Shown here: positions 1 to 15,000 of the stretch, in pieces
How the letters are laid out: every line of letters starts with the position of its first letter
Position numbering within the stretch: position 1 is the first letter of the stretch
NCBI GenBank assembly: GCA_964016885.1
Contig: OZ024743.1
Span: forward strand, 321,346,001 to 321,410,000
Reading direction: 5' to 3'
Source: Eledone cirrhosa
Lineage: Eukaryota
DNA length: 64,000 bases
Notes under the pieces: generated by a model
What the model saw: only the letters and a program-made list of their open reading frames with translations
Databases searched by the model: none
Told to the model about the DNA's origin: nothing
Translations under genes and position numbers: made by a program

Positions 1-3000
1 GGACTGAGCTGACTGGTGATATGTTATAATACAGAAGTCCAGTCCACTAGTACCAGCTCTGTGACAGAGATGACACAGGACTGAGCTGACTGGTGATATG
101 TTATAATACAGAAGTCCAGTCCACTAGTACCAGCTCTGTGACAGAGATGACACAGGACTGAGCTGACTGGAGATATGTCACAATACAGAAGTCCAGTCCA
201 CTAGTACCAGCTCTGTGACAGAGATGACACAGGACTGAGATGAGTAGTGATATGTTATAATACAGAAGCCCAGTCCACTAGTACCAGCTCTGTGACAGAG
301 ATGACACAGGACTGAGCTGACTGGTCATATGTTATAATACAGAAGCCCAGTCCACTAGTACCAGCTCTGTAACAGAGATGACACAGGACTGAGCTGACTG
401 GTGATATGTTATAATACAGAAGTCCAGTACACTAGTACCAGCTCTGTGACAGAGATGACACAGGACTGACCTGACTGGTGATATGTCACAATACAGAAGT
501 CCAGTCCACTAGTACCAGCTCTGTGACAGAGATGACACAGGACTGAGCTGACTGGTGATATGTCACAATACAGAAGTCCAGTACACTAGTACCAGCTCTG
601 TGACAGAGATGACACAGGACTGAGCTGACTGGTGATATGTCACAATACAGAAGTCCAGTCCACTAGTACCAGCTCTGTGACAGAGATGACACAGGACTGA
701 TCTGACTGGTGATATGTCACAATACAGAAGTCCAGTCCACTAGTACCAGCTCTGTGACAGAGATGACACAGGACTGAGCTGACTGGTGATATGTTATAAT
801 ACAGAAGTCCAGTCCACTAGTACCAGATCTGTGACAGAGATGACACAGGACTGAGCTGACTGGTCATGTGTTATAATACAGAAGTCCAGTCCACTAGTAC
901 CAGCTCTGTGACAGAGATGACACAGGACTGAGCTGACTGGTGATATGTTATAATACAGAAGTCCAGTCCACTAGTACCAGCTCTGTGACAGAGATGACAC
1001 AGGACTGAGCTGACTGGTGATATGTCACAATACAGAAGTCCAGTCCACTAGTACCAGCTCTGTGACAGAGATGACACAGGACTGAGCTGACTGGTCTTAT
1101 GTTATAATACAGAAGTCCAGTCCACTAGTACCAGCTCTGTGACAGAGATGACACAGGACTGAGCTGACTGGTGATATGTCACAATACAGAAGTCCAGTCC
1201 ACTAGTACCAGCTCTGTGACAGAGATGACACAGGACTGAGCTGACTGGTCTTATGTTATAATACAGAAGTCCAGTCCACTAGTACCAGCTCTGTGACAGA
1301 GATGACACAGGACTGAGCTGACTGGTGATATGTTATAATACAGAAGCCCAGTCCACTAGTACCAGCTCTGTGACAGAGATGACACAGGACTGAGCTGACT
1401 GGTGATATGTCACAATACAGAAGTCCAGTCCACTAGTACCAGCTCTGTGACAGAGATGACACAGGACTGATCTGACTGGTGATATGTCACAATACAGAAG
1501 TCCAGTCCACTAGTACCAGCTCTGTGACAGAGATGAAACAGCACTGAGCTGACTGGTGATATGTCACAATACAGAAGCCCAGTCCACTAGTACCAGTTCT
1601 GTGACAGAGATGACACAGGTCTGAGCTGACTGGTCATATGTTATAATACAGAAGTCCAGTCCACTAGTACCAGCTCTGTGACAGAGATGACACAGGACTG
1701 AGCTGACTGGTGATATGTCACAATACAGAAGTCCAGTCCACTAGTACCAGCTCTGTGACAGAGATGACACAGGACTGAGCTGACTGGTGATATGTCACAA
1801 TACAGAAGTCCAGTCCACTAGTACCAGCTCTGTGACAGAGATGACACAGGACTGAGCTGACTGGTGATATGTCATAATACAGAAGTCCAGTCCACTAGTA
1901 CCAGCTCTGTGACAGAGATGACACAGGACTGAGCTGACTGGTGATATGTCACAATACAGAAGTCCAGTACACTAGTACCAGCTCTGTGACAGAAATGACA
2001 AAGGACTGAGCTGACTGGTGATATGTCACAATACAGAAGTCCAGTCCACTAGTACCAGCTCTGTGACAGAGATGACACAGGACTGAGCTGACTGGTGATA
2101 TGTCACAATACAGAAGTCCAGTCCACTAGTACCAGCTCTGTGACAGAGATGACACAGGTCTGAGCTGACTGGTGATATGTCACAATACAGAAGTCCAGTC
2201 CACTAGTACCAGCTCTGTGACAGAGATGACACAGGACTGAGCTGACCGGTGATATGTCACAATACACAAGTCCAGTCCACTAGTACCAGCTCTGTGACAG
2301 AGATGACACAGGACTGAGCTGACTGGTGATATGTCACAATACAGAAGTCCAGTACACTAGTACCAGCTCTGTGACAGAAATGACACAGGACTGAGCTGAC
2401 TGGTGATATGTTATAATACAGAAGTCCAGTCCACTAGTACCAGCTCTGTGACAGAGATGACACAGGACTGAGCTGACTGGTGATATGTTATAATACAGAA
2501 GTCCAGTCCACTAGTACCAGCTCTGTGACAGAGATGACACAGGACTGAGCTGACTGGTGATATGTTATAATACAGAAGTCCAGTCCACTAGTACCAGCTC
2601 TGTAACAGAGATGACACAGGACTGAGCTGACTGGTGATATGTTATAATACAGAAGTCCAGTCCACTAGTACCAGCTCTGTGACAGAGATGACACAGGACT
2701 GAGCTGACTGGTGATATGTTATAATACAGAAGTCCAGTCCACTAGTACCAGATCTGTGTCATAATATATGACACAGGACTGAGATGAGTAGTGATATGTT
2801 ATAATACAGAAGCCCAGTCCACTAGTACCAGCTCTGTGACAGAGATGACACAGGACTGAGCTGACTGGTGATATGTCACAATACAGAAGTCCAGTCCACT
2901 AGTACCAGCTCTATGACAGAGATGACACAGGACTGAGCTGACTGGTCTTATGTTATAATACAGAAGTCCAGTCCACTAGTACCAGCTCTGTGACAGAGAT

Positions 3001-6000
3001 GACACAGGACTGAGCTGACTGGTGATATGTTATAATACAGAAGCCCAGGCAATTAGTACCAGCTCTGTGACATAATATATGACACAGGACTGAGATGAGT
3101 AGTGATATGTTATAATACAGAATTCCAGTACACTAGTACCAGCTCTGTGACAGAGATGACACAGGACTGAGCTGATTGGTCTTATGTTATAATACAGAGG
3201 TCCAGTCCACTAGTACCAGCTCTGAGACAGAGATGACACAGGACTGAGCTGACTGGTGATATGTTATAATACAGAAGCCCAGGCAATTAGTACCAGCTCT
3301 GTGACATAATATATGACACAGGACTGAGATGAGTAGTGATATGTTATAATACAGAAGTCCAGTACACTAGTACCAGCTCTGTGACAGAGATGACACAGGA
3401 CTGAGCTGACTGGTGATATGTCACAATACAGAAGTCCAGTCCACTAGTACCAGCTCTGTGACAGAGATGACACGGGACTGAGCTGACTGGTCATATGTTA
3501 TAATACAGAAGCCAAGTCCACTAGTACCAGCTCTGTGACAGAGATGAAACAGGACTGAGCTGACTGGTGATATGTCACAATACAGAAGTCCAGTCCACTA
3601 GTACCAGTTCTGTGACAGAGATGATACAGGACTGATCTGACTGGTGATATGTCACAATACAGAAGTACACTCCACTAGTACCAGCTCTGTGACAGAGATG
3701 ACACAGGACTGAGCTGACTGGTCATATGTTATAATACAGAAGCCCAGTCCACTAGTACCAGCTCTGTGACAGAGATGACACAGGACTGAGCTGACTGGTG
3801 ATATGTCACAATACAGAAGCCCAGTCCACTAGTACCAGTTCTGTGACAGAGATGACACAGGACTGAGCTGACTGGTGATATGTTATAATACAGAAGTCCA
3901 GTCCACTAGTACCAGCTCTGTGACAGAGATGACACAGGACTGAGCTGACTGGTGATATGTCACAATACAGAAGTCCAGTCCACTAGTACCAGCTCTGTGA
4001 CAGAGATGACACAGGACTGAGCTGACTGGTGATATGTCACAATACAGAAGTCCAGTCCACTAGTACCAGCTCTGTGACAGAGATGACTCAGGACTGAGCT
4101 GACTGGTGATATGTCACAATACAGAAGTCCAGTCCACTAGTACCAGCTCTGTGACAGAGATGACACAGGACTGAGCTGACTGGTGATATGTCACAATACA
4201 GAAGTCCAGTACACTAGTACCAGCTCTGTGACAGAAATGACAAAGGACTGAGCTGACTGGTGATATGTCACAATACAGAAGTCCAGTCCACTAGTACCAG
4301 CTCTGTGACAGAGATGACACAGGACTGAGCTGACTGGTGATATGTCACAATACAGAAGTCCAGTCCACTAGTACCAGCTCTGTGACAGAGATGACACAGG
4401 TCTGAGCTGACTGGTGATATGTCACAATACAGAAGTCCAGTCCACTAGTACCAGCTCTGTGACAGAGATGACACAGGACTGAGCTGACCGGTGATATGTC
4501 ACAATACACAAGTCCAGTCCACTAGTACCAGCTCTGTGACAGAGATGACACAGGACTGAGCTGACTGGTGATATGTCACAATACAGAAGTCCAGTACACT
4601 AGTACCAGCTCTGTAACAGAAATGACACAGGACTGAGCTGACTGGTGATATGTTATAATACAGAAGTCCAGTCCACTAGTACCAGCTCTGTGACAGAGAT
4701 GACACAGGACTGAGCTGACTGGTGATATGTTATAATACAGAAGTCCAGTCCACTAGTACCAGATCTGTGTCATAATATATGACACAGGACTGAGATGAGT
4801 AGTGATATGTTATAATACAGAAGCCCAGGCAATTAGTACCAGCTCTGTGACATAATATATGACACAGGACTGAGATGAGTAGTGATATGTTATAATACAG
4901 AATTCCAGTACACTAGTACCAGCTCTGTGACAGAGATGACACACGACTGAGCTGATTGGTCTTATGTTATAATACAGAAGTCCAGTCCACTAGTACCAGC
5001 TCTGAGAGAGAGATGACACAGGACTGAGCTGACTGGTGATATGTTATAATACAGAAGCCCAGGCAATTAGTACCAGCTCTGTGACATAATATATGACACA
5101 GGACTGAGATGAGTAGTGATATGTTATAATACAGAAGCCCAGTCCACTAGTACCAGCTCTGTGACAGAGATGACACAGGACTGAGCTGACTGGTGATATG
5201 TCACAATACAGAAGTCCAGTCCACTAGTACCAGCTCTGTGACAGAGATGACACGGGACTGAGCTGACTGGTCATATGTTATAATACAGAAGCCCAGTCCA
5301 CTAGTACCAGCTCTGTGACAGAGATGACACAGGACTGAGCTGACTGGTGATATGTCACAATACAGAAGTCCAGTCCACTAGTACCAGCTCTGTGACAGAG
5401 ATGACACAGGACTGAGCTGACTGGTGATATGTTATAATACAGAAGTCCAGTCCACTAGTACCAGCTCTGTGACAGAGATGACACAGGACTGAGCTGACTG
5501 GTGATATGTTATAATACAGAAGTCCAGTCCACTAGTACCAGCTCTGTGACAGAGATGACACAGGACTGAGCTGACTGGAGATATGTCACAATACAGAAGT
5601 CCAGTCCACTAGTACCAGCTCTGTGACAGAGATGACACAGGACTGAGATGAGTAGTGATATGTTATAATACAGAAGCCCAGTCCACTAGTACCAGCTCTG
5701 TGACAGAGATGACACAGGACTGAGCTGACTGGTGATATGTTATAATACAGAAGTCCAGTCCACTAGTACCAGCTCTGTGACAGAGATGACACAGGACTGA
5801 GCTGACTGGTGATATGTCACAATACAGGAGTCCAGTCCACTAGTACCAGCTCTGTGACAGAGATGACACAGGACTGAGATGAGTAGTGATATGTTATAAT
5901 ACAGAAGCCCAGTCCACTAGTACCAGCTCTGTGACAGAGATGACACAGGACTGAGCTGACTGGTCATATGTTATAATACAGAAGCCCAGTCCACTAGTAC

Positions 6001-9000
6001 CAGCTCTGTAACAGAGATGACACAGGACTGAGCTGACTGGTGATATGTTATAATACAGAAGTCCAGTACACTAGTACCAGCTCTGCGACAGAGATGACAC
6101 AGGACTGACCTGACTGGTGATATGTCACAATACAGAAGTCCAGTCCACTAGTACCAGCTCTGTGACAGAGATGACACAGGACTGAGCTGACTGGTGATAT
6201 GTCACAATACAGAAGTCCAGTACACTAGTACCAGCTCTGTGACAGAGATGACACAGGACTGAGCTGACTGGTGATATGTCACAATACAGAAGTCCAGTCC
6301 ACTAGTACCAGCTCTGTGACAGAGATGACACAGGACTGAGCTGACTGGTGATATGTCACAATACAGAAGTCCAGTCCACTAGTACCAGCTCTGTGACAGA
6401 GATGACACAGGACTGAGCTGACTGGTTATATGTTATAATACAGAAGTCCAGTCCACTAGTACCAGCTCTGTGACAGAGATGACACAGGACTGAGCTGACT
6501 GGTGATATGTTATAATACAGAAGTCCAGTCCACTAGTACCAGATCTGTGACAGAGATGACACAGGACTGAGCTGACTGGTCATGTGTTATAATACAGAAG
6601 TCCAGTCCACTAGTACCAGCTCTGTGACAGAGATGACACAGGACTGAGCTGACTGGTGATATGTTATAATACAGAAGTCCAGTCCACTAGTACCAGCTCT
6701 GTGACAGAGATGACACAGGACTGAGCTGACTGGTGATATGTCACAATACAGAAGTCCAGTCCACTAGTACCAGCTCTGTGACAGAGATGACACAGGACTG
6801 AGCTGACTGGTCTTATGTTATAATACAGAAGTCCAGTCCACTAGTACCAGCTCTGTGACAGAGATGACACAGGACTGAGCTGACTGGTGATATGTCACAA
6901 TACAGAAGTCCAGTCCACTAGTACCAGCTCTGTGACAGAGATGACACAGGACTGAGCTGACTGGTCTTATGTTATAATACAGAAGTCCAGTCCACTAGTA
7001 CCAGCTCTGTGACAGAGATGACACAGGACTGAGCTGACTGGTGATATGTTATAATACAGAAGTCCAGTCCACTAGTACCAGCTCTGTGACAGAGATGACA
7101 CAGGACTGAGCTGACTGGTGATATGTCACAATACAGAAGTCCAGTCCACTAGTACCAGCTCTGTGACAGAGATGACACAGGACTGAGCTGACTGGTGATA
7201 TGTCACAATACAGAAGTCCAGTCCACTAGTACCAGCTCTGTGACAGAGATGACACAGGACTGAGCTGACTGGTGATATGTCACAATACAGAAGTCCAGTA
7301 CACTAGTACCAGCTCTGTGACAGAAATGACAAAGGACTGAGCTGACTGGTGATATGTCACAATACAGAAGTCCAGTCCACTAGTACCAGCTCTGTGACAG
7401 AGATGACACAGGACTGAGCTGACTGGTGATATGTCACAATACAGAAGTCCAGTCCACTAGTACCAGCTCTGTGACAGAGATGACACAGGTCTGAGCTGAC
7501 TGGTGATATGTCACAATACAGAAGTCCAGTCCACTAGTACCAGCTCTGTGACAGAGATGACACAGGACTGAGCTGACCGGTGATATGTCACAATACACAA
7601 GTCCAGTCCACTAGTACCAGCTCTGTGACAGAGATGACACAGGACTGAGCTGACTGGTGATATGTCACAATACAGAAGTCCAGTACACTAGTACCAGCTC
7701 TGTGACAGAAATGACACAGGACTGAGCTGACTGGTGATATGTTATAATACAGAAGTCCAGTCCACTAGTACCAGCTCTGTGACAGAGATGACACAGGACT
7801 GAGCTGACTGGTGATATGTTATAATACAGAAGTCCAGTCCACTAGTACCAGCTCTGTGACAGAGATGACACAGGACTGAGCTGACTGGTGATATGTTATA
7901 ATACAGAAGTCCATTCCACTAGTACCAGCTCTGTAACAGAGATGACACAGGACTGAGCTGACTGGTGATATGTTATAATACAGAAGTCCAGTCCACTAGT
8001 ACCAGCTCTGTGACAGAGATGACACAGGACTGAGCTGACTGGTGATATGTTATAATACAGAAGTCCAGTCCACTAGTACCAGATCTGTGTCATAATATAT
8101 GACACAGGACTGAGATGAGTAGTGATATGTTATAATACAGAAGCCCAGTCCACTAGTACCAGCTCTGTGACAGAGATGACACAGGACTGAGCTGACTGGT
8201 GATATGTCACAATACAGAAGTCCAGTCCACTAGTACCAGCTCTATGACAGAGATGACACAGGACTGAGCTGACTGGTCTTATGTTATAATACAGAAGTCC
8301 AGTCCACTAGTACCAGCTCTGTGACAGAGATGACACAGGACTGAGCTGACTGGTGATATGTTATAATACAGAAGCCCAGGCAATTAGTACCAGCTCTGTG
8401 ACATAATATATGACACAGGACTGAGATGAGTAGTGATATGTTATAATACAGAATTCCAGTACACTAGTACCAGCTCTGTGACAGAGATGACACAGGACTG
8501 AGCTGATTGGTCTTATGTTATAATACAGAAGTCCAGTCCACTAGTACCAGCTCTGAGACAGAGATGACACAGGACTGAGCTGACTGGTGATATGTTATAA
8601 TACAGAAGCCCAGGCAATTAGTACCAGCTCTGTGACATAATATATGACACAGGACTGAGATGAGTAGTGATATGTTATAATACAGAAGTCCAGTACACTA
8701 GTACCAGCTCTGTGACAGAGATGACACAGGACTGAGCTGACTGGTGATATGTCACAATACAGAAGTCCAGTCCACTAGTACCAGCTCTGTGACAGAGATG
8801 ACACGGGACTGAGCTGACTGGTCATATGTTATAATACAGAAGCCAAGTCCACTAGTACCAGCTCTGTGACAGAGATGACACAGGACTGAGCTGACTGGTC
8901 ATATGTTATAATACAGAAGCCCAGTCCACTAGTACCAGCTCTGTGACAGAGATGACACAGGACTGAGCTGACTGGTGATATGTCACAATACAGAAGCCCA

Positions 9001-12000
9001 GTCCACTAGTACCAGTTCTGTGACAGAGATGACACAGGACTGAGCTGACTGGTCATATGTTATAATACAGAAGTCCAGTCCACTAGTACCAGCTCTGTGA
9101 CAGAGATGACACAGGACTGAGCTGACTGGTGATATGTCACAATACAGAAGTCCAGTCCACTAGTACCAGCTCTGTGACAGAGATGACACAGGACTGAGCT
9201 GACTGGTGATATGTCACAATACAGAAGTCCAGTCCACTAGTACCAGCTCTGTGACAGAGATGACACAGGACTGAGCTGACTGGTGATATGTCACAATACA
9301 GAAGTCCAGTCCACTAGTACCAGCTCTGTGACAGAGATGACACAGGACTGAGCTGACTGGTGATATGTCACAATACAGAAGTCCAGTACACTAGTACCAG
9401 CTCTGTGACAGAAATGACAAAGGACTGAGCTGACTGGTGATATGTCACAATACAGAAGTCCAGTCCACTAGTACCAGCTCTGTGACAGAGATGACACGGG
9501 ACTGAGCTGACTGGTGATATGTCACAATACAGAAGTCCAGTCCACTAGTACCAGCTCTGTGACAGAGATGACACAGGTCTGAGCTGACTGGTGATATGTC
9601 ACAATACAGAAGTCCAGTCCACTAGTACCAGCTCTGTGACAGAGATGACACAGGACTGAGCTGACCGGTGATATGTCACAATACACAAGTCCAGTCCACT
9701 AGTACCAGCTCTGTGACAGAGATGACACAGGACTGAGCTGACTGGTGATATGTCACAATACAGAAGTCCAGTACACTAGTACCAGCTCTGTGACAGAAAT
9801 GACACAGGACTGAGCTGACTGGTGATATGTTATAATACAGAAGTCCAGTCCACTAGTACCAGCTCTGTGACAGAGATGACACAGGACTGAGCTGACTGGT
9901 GATATGTTATAATACAGAAGTCCAGTCCACTAGTACCAGCTCTGTGACAGAGATGACACAGGACTGAGCTGACTGGTGATATGTTATAATACAGAAGTCC
10001 AGTCCACTAGTACCAGCTCTGTGACAGAGATGACACAGGACTGAGCTGACTGGTGATATGTTATAATACAGAAGTCCAGTCCACTAGTACCAGATCTGTG
10101 TCATAATATATGACACAGGACTGAGATGAGTAGTGATATGTTATAATACAGAAGCCCAGGCAATTAGTACCAGCTCTGTGACATAATATATGACACAGGA
10201 CTGAGATGAGTAGTGATATGTTATAATACAGAATTCCAGTACACTAGTACCAGCTCTGTGACAGAGATGACACAGGACTGAGCTGATTGGTCTTATGTTA
10301 TAATACAGAAGTCCAGTCCACTAGTACCAGCTCTGAGAGAGAGATGACACAGGACTGAGCTGACTGGTGATATGTTATAATACAGAAGCCCAGGCAATTA
10401 GTACCAGCTCTGTGACATAATATATGACACAGGACTGAGATGAGTAGTGATATGTTATAATACAGAAGCCCAGTCCACTAGTACCAGCTCTGTGACAGAG
10501 ATGACACAGGACTGAGCTGACTGGTGATATGTCACAATACAGAAGTCCAGTCCACTAGTACCAGCTCTGTGACAGAGATGACACGGGACTGAGCTGACTG
10601 GTCATATGTTATAATACAGAAGCCCAGTCCACTAGTACCAGCTCTGTGACAGAGATGACACAGGACTGAGCTGACTGGTGATATGTCACAATACAGAAGT
10701 CCAGTCCACTAGTACCAGCTCTGTGACAGAGATGACACAGGACTGATCTGACTGGTGATATGTCACAATACAGAAGTCCACTCCACTTGTACCAGCTCTG
10801 TGACAGAGATGACACAGGACTGAGCTGACTGGTCATATGTTATAATACAGAAGCCCAGTCCACTAGTACCAGCTCTGTGACAGAGATGACACAGGACTGA
10901 GCTGACTGGTGATATGTCACAATACAGAAGTCCAGTCCACTAGTACCAGCTCTGTGACAGAGATGACACAGGACTGAGCTGACTGGTCATATGTTATAAT
11001 ACAGAAGCCCAGTCCACTAGTACCAGCTCTGTGACAGAGATGACACAGGACTGAGCTGACTGGTGATATGTCACAATACAGAAGTCCAGTCCACTACTAC
11101 CAGCTCTGTGACAGAGATGACACAGGACTGAGCTGACTGGTGATATGTCACAATACAGAAGTCCAGTCCACTAGTACCAGCTCTGTGACAGAGGTGACAC
11201 AGGACTGAGCTGACTGGTGATATGTCACAATACAGAAGTCCAGTCCACTAGTACCAGCTCTGTGACAGAGATGACACAGGACTGAGCTGACTGGTGTTAT
11301 GTCACAATACAGAAGTCCAGTCCACTAGTACCAGCTCTGTGACAGAGATGACACAGGACTGAGCTGACTGGTGATATGTCACAATACAGAAGTCCAGTAC
11401 ACTAGTACCAGCTCTGTGACAGAAATGACACAGGACTGAGCTGACTGGTGATATGTCACAATACAGAAGCCCAGTACACTAGTACCAGCTCTGTGACAGA
11501 GATGACACAGGACTGAGCTGACGGGTGATATGTCACAATACAGAAGTCCAGTCCACTAGTACCAGCTCTGTGACAGAGATGACACAGGACTGAGCTGACT
11601 GGTTATATGTTATAATACAGAAGTCCAGTCCACTAGTACCAGCTCTGTGACAGAGATGACACAGGACTGAGCTGACTGGTCATATGTTATAATACAGAAG
11701 TCCAGTCCACTAGTACCAGCTCTGTGACAGAGATGACACAGGACTGAGCTGACTGGTGATATGTTATAATACAGAAGTCCAGTCCACTAGTACCAGCTCT
11801 GTAACAGAGATGACACAGGATTGAGCTGACTGGTGATATGTTATAATACAGAAGTCCAGTCCACTAGTACCAGCTCTGTGACAGAGATGACACAGGACTG
11901 AGCTGACTGGTGATATGTTATAATACAGAAGTCCAGTCCACTAGTACCAGATCTGTGTCATAATATATGACACAGGACTGAGATGAGTAGTGATATGTTA

Positions 12001-15000
12001 TAATACAGAAGCCCAGTCCACTAGTACCAGCTCTGTGACAGAGATGACACAGGACTGAGCTGACTGGTGATATGTCACAATACAGAAGTCCAGTCCACTA
12101 GTACCAGCTTTATGACAGAGATGACACAGGACTGAGCTGACTGGTCTTATGTTATAATACAGAAGTCCAGTCCACTAGTACCAGCTCTGTGACAGAGATG
12201 ACACAGGACTGAGCTGACTGGTGATATGTTATAATACAGAAGCCCAGGCAATTAGTACCAGCTCTGTGACATAATATATGACACAGGACTGAGATGAGTA
12301 GTGATATGTTATAATACAGAATTCCAGTACACTAGTACCAGCTCTGTGACAGAGATGACACAGGACTGAGCTGATTGGTCTTATGTTATAATACAGAAGT
12401 CCAGTCCACTAGTACCAGCTCTGAGACAGAGATGACACAGGACTGAGCTGACTGGTGATATGTCACAATACAGAAGTCCAGTCCACTAGTACCAGCTCTG
12501 TGACAGAGATGACACAGGACTGATCTGACTGGTGATATGTCACAATACAGAAGTCCAGTCCACTAGTACCAGCTCTGTGACAGAGATGACACAGGACTGA
12601 GCTGACTGGTGATATGTCACAATACAGAAGCCCAGTCCACTAGTACCAGTTCTGTGACAGAGATGACACAGGACTGAGCTGACTGGTCATATGTTATAAT
12701 ACAGAAGTCCAGTCCACTAGTACCAGCTCTGTGACAGAGATGACACAGGACTGAGCTGACTGGTGATATGTCACAATACAGAAGTCCAGTCCACTAGTAC
12801 CAGCTCTGTGACAGAGATGACACAGGACTGAGCTGACTGGTCATATGTTATAATACAGAAGTCCAGTCCACTAGTACCAGCTCTGTGACAGAGATGACAC
12901 AGGACTGAGCTGACTGGTGATATGTCACAATACAGAAGTCCAGTCCACTAGTACCAGCTCTGTGACAGAGATGACACAGGACTGATCTGACTGGTGATAT
13001 GTCACAATACAGAAGTCCAGTCCACTAGTACCAGCTCTGTGACAGAGATGACACAGGACTGAGCTGACTGGTGATATGTCACAATACAGAAGCCCAGTCC
13101 ACTAGTACCTGTTCTGTGACAGAGATGACACAGGACTGAGCTGACTGGTCATATGTTATAATACAGAAGTCCAGTCCACTAGTACCAGCTCTGTGACAGA
13201 GATGACACAGGACTGAGCTGACTGGTGATATGTTACAATACAGAAGTCCAGTCCACTAGTACCAGCTCTGTGACAGAGATGACACAGGACTGAGCTGACT
13301 GGTGATATGTCACAATACAGAAGTCCAGTCCACTAGTACCAGCTCTGTGACAGAGATGACACAGGACTGAGCTGACTGGTGATATGTCACAATACAGAAG
13401 TCCAGTCCACTAGTACCAGCTCTGTGACAGAGATGACACAGGACTGAGCTGACTGGTGATATGTCACAATACAGAAGTCCAGTACACTAGTACCAGCTCT
13501 GTGACAGAAATGACACAGGACTGAGCTGACTGGTCATATGTTATAATACAGAAGTCCAGTCCACTAGTACCAGCTCTGTGACAGAGATGACACAGGACTG
13601 AGCTGACTGGTGATATGTTATAATACAGAAGTCCAGTCCACTAGTACCAGCTCTGTGACAGAGATGACACAGGACTGAGCTGACTGGTGATATGTTATAA
13701 TACAGAAGTCCAGTCCACTAGTACCAGATCTGTGTCATAATATATGACACAGGACTGAGATGAGTAGTGATATGTTATAATACAGAAGCCCAGTCCACTA
13801 GTACCAGCTCTGTGACAGAGATGACACAGGACTGAGCTGACTGGTGATATGTCACAATACAGAAGTCCAGTCCACTAGTACCAGCTCTATGACAGAGATG
13901 ACACAGGACTGAGCTGACTGGTCTTATGTTATAATACAGAAGTCCAGTCCACTAGTACCAGCTCTGTGACAGAGATGACACAGGACTGAGCTGACTGGTG
14001 ATATGTTATAATACAGAAGCCCAGGCAATTAGTACCAGCTCTGTGACATAATATATGACACAGGACTGAGATGAGTAGTGATATGTTATAATACAGAATT
14101 CCAGTACACTAGTACCAGCTCTGTGACAGAGATGACACAGGACTGAGCTGACTGGTGATATGTCACAATACAGAAGTCCAGTCCACTAGTACCAGCTCTG
14201 TGACAGAGATGAAACAGGACTGAGCTGACTGGTGATATGTCACAATACAGAAGTCCAGTCCACTGGTACCAGCTCTGTGACAGAGATGACACAGGACTGA
14301 GCTGACTGGTGATATGTCACAATACAGAAGTCCAGTCCACTAGTACCAGCTCTGTGACAGAGATGACACAGAACTGAGCTGACTGGTGATAAGTCACAAT
14401 ACAGAAGCCCAGTCCACTAGTACCAGCTCTGTGACAGAGATGACACAGGACTGAGCTGACTGGTCATATGTTATAATACAGAAGTCCAGTCCACTAGTAC
14501 CAGCTCTGTGACAGAGATGACACAGGACTGAGCTGACTGGTGATATGTCACAATACAGAAGTCCAGTCAACTAGTACCAGCTCTGTGACAGAGATGACAC
14601 AGAACTGAGCTGACTGGTCATATGTTATAATACAGAAGTCCAGTCCACTAGTACCAGCTCTGTAACAGAGATGACACAGGACTGAGCTGACTGGTGATAT
14701 GTCACATTACAGAAGTCCAGTCCACTAGTACCAGCTCTGTGACAGAGATGACACAGAACTGAGCTGACAGGTGATATGTCACAATACAGAAGTCCAGTCC
14801 ACTAGTACCAGCTCTGTGACAGAGATGACACAGAACTGAGCTGACTGGTGATATGTTATAATACAGAAGCCCAGTACACTAGTACCAGCTCTGTGACAGA
14901 GATGACACAGGACTGAGCTGACTGGTGATATGTTATAATACAGAAGTCCAGTACACTAGTACCAGCTCTGTGACAGAGATGACACAGGACTGAGCTGACT

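Noticed and set aside
1-154. Monomer as a tRNA gene array or hammerhead-bearing satellite
   Set aside because: The length fits a tRNA and minus-strand AGCTCAGTC resembles an A box. However, there is no B box or cloverleaf, and no CUGANGA/GAAA core on either strand.
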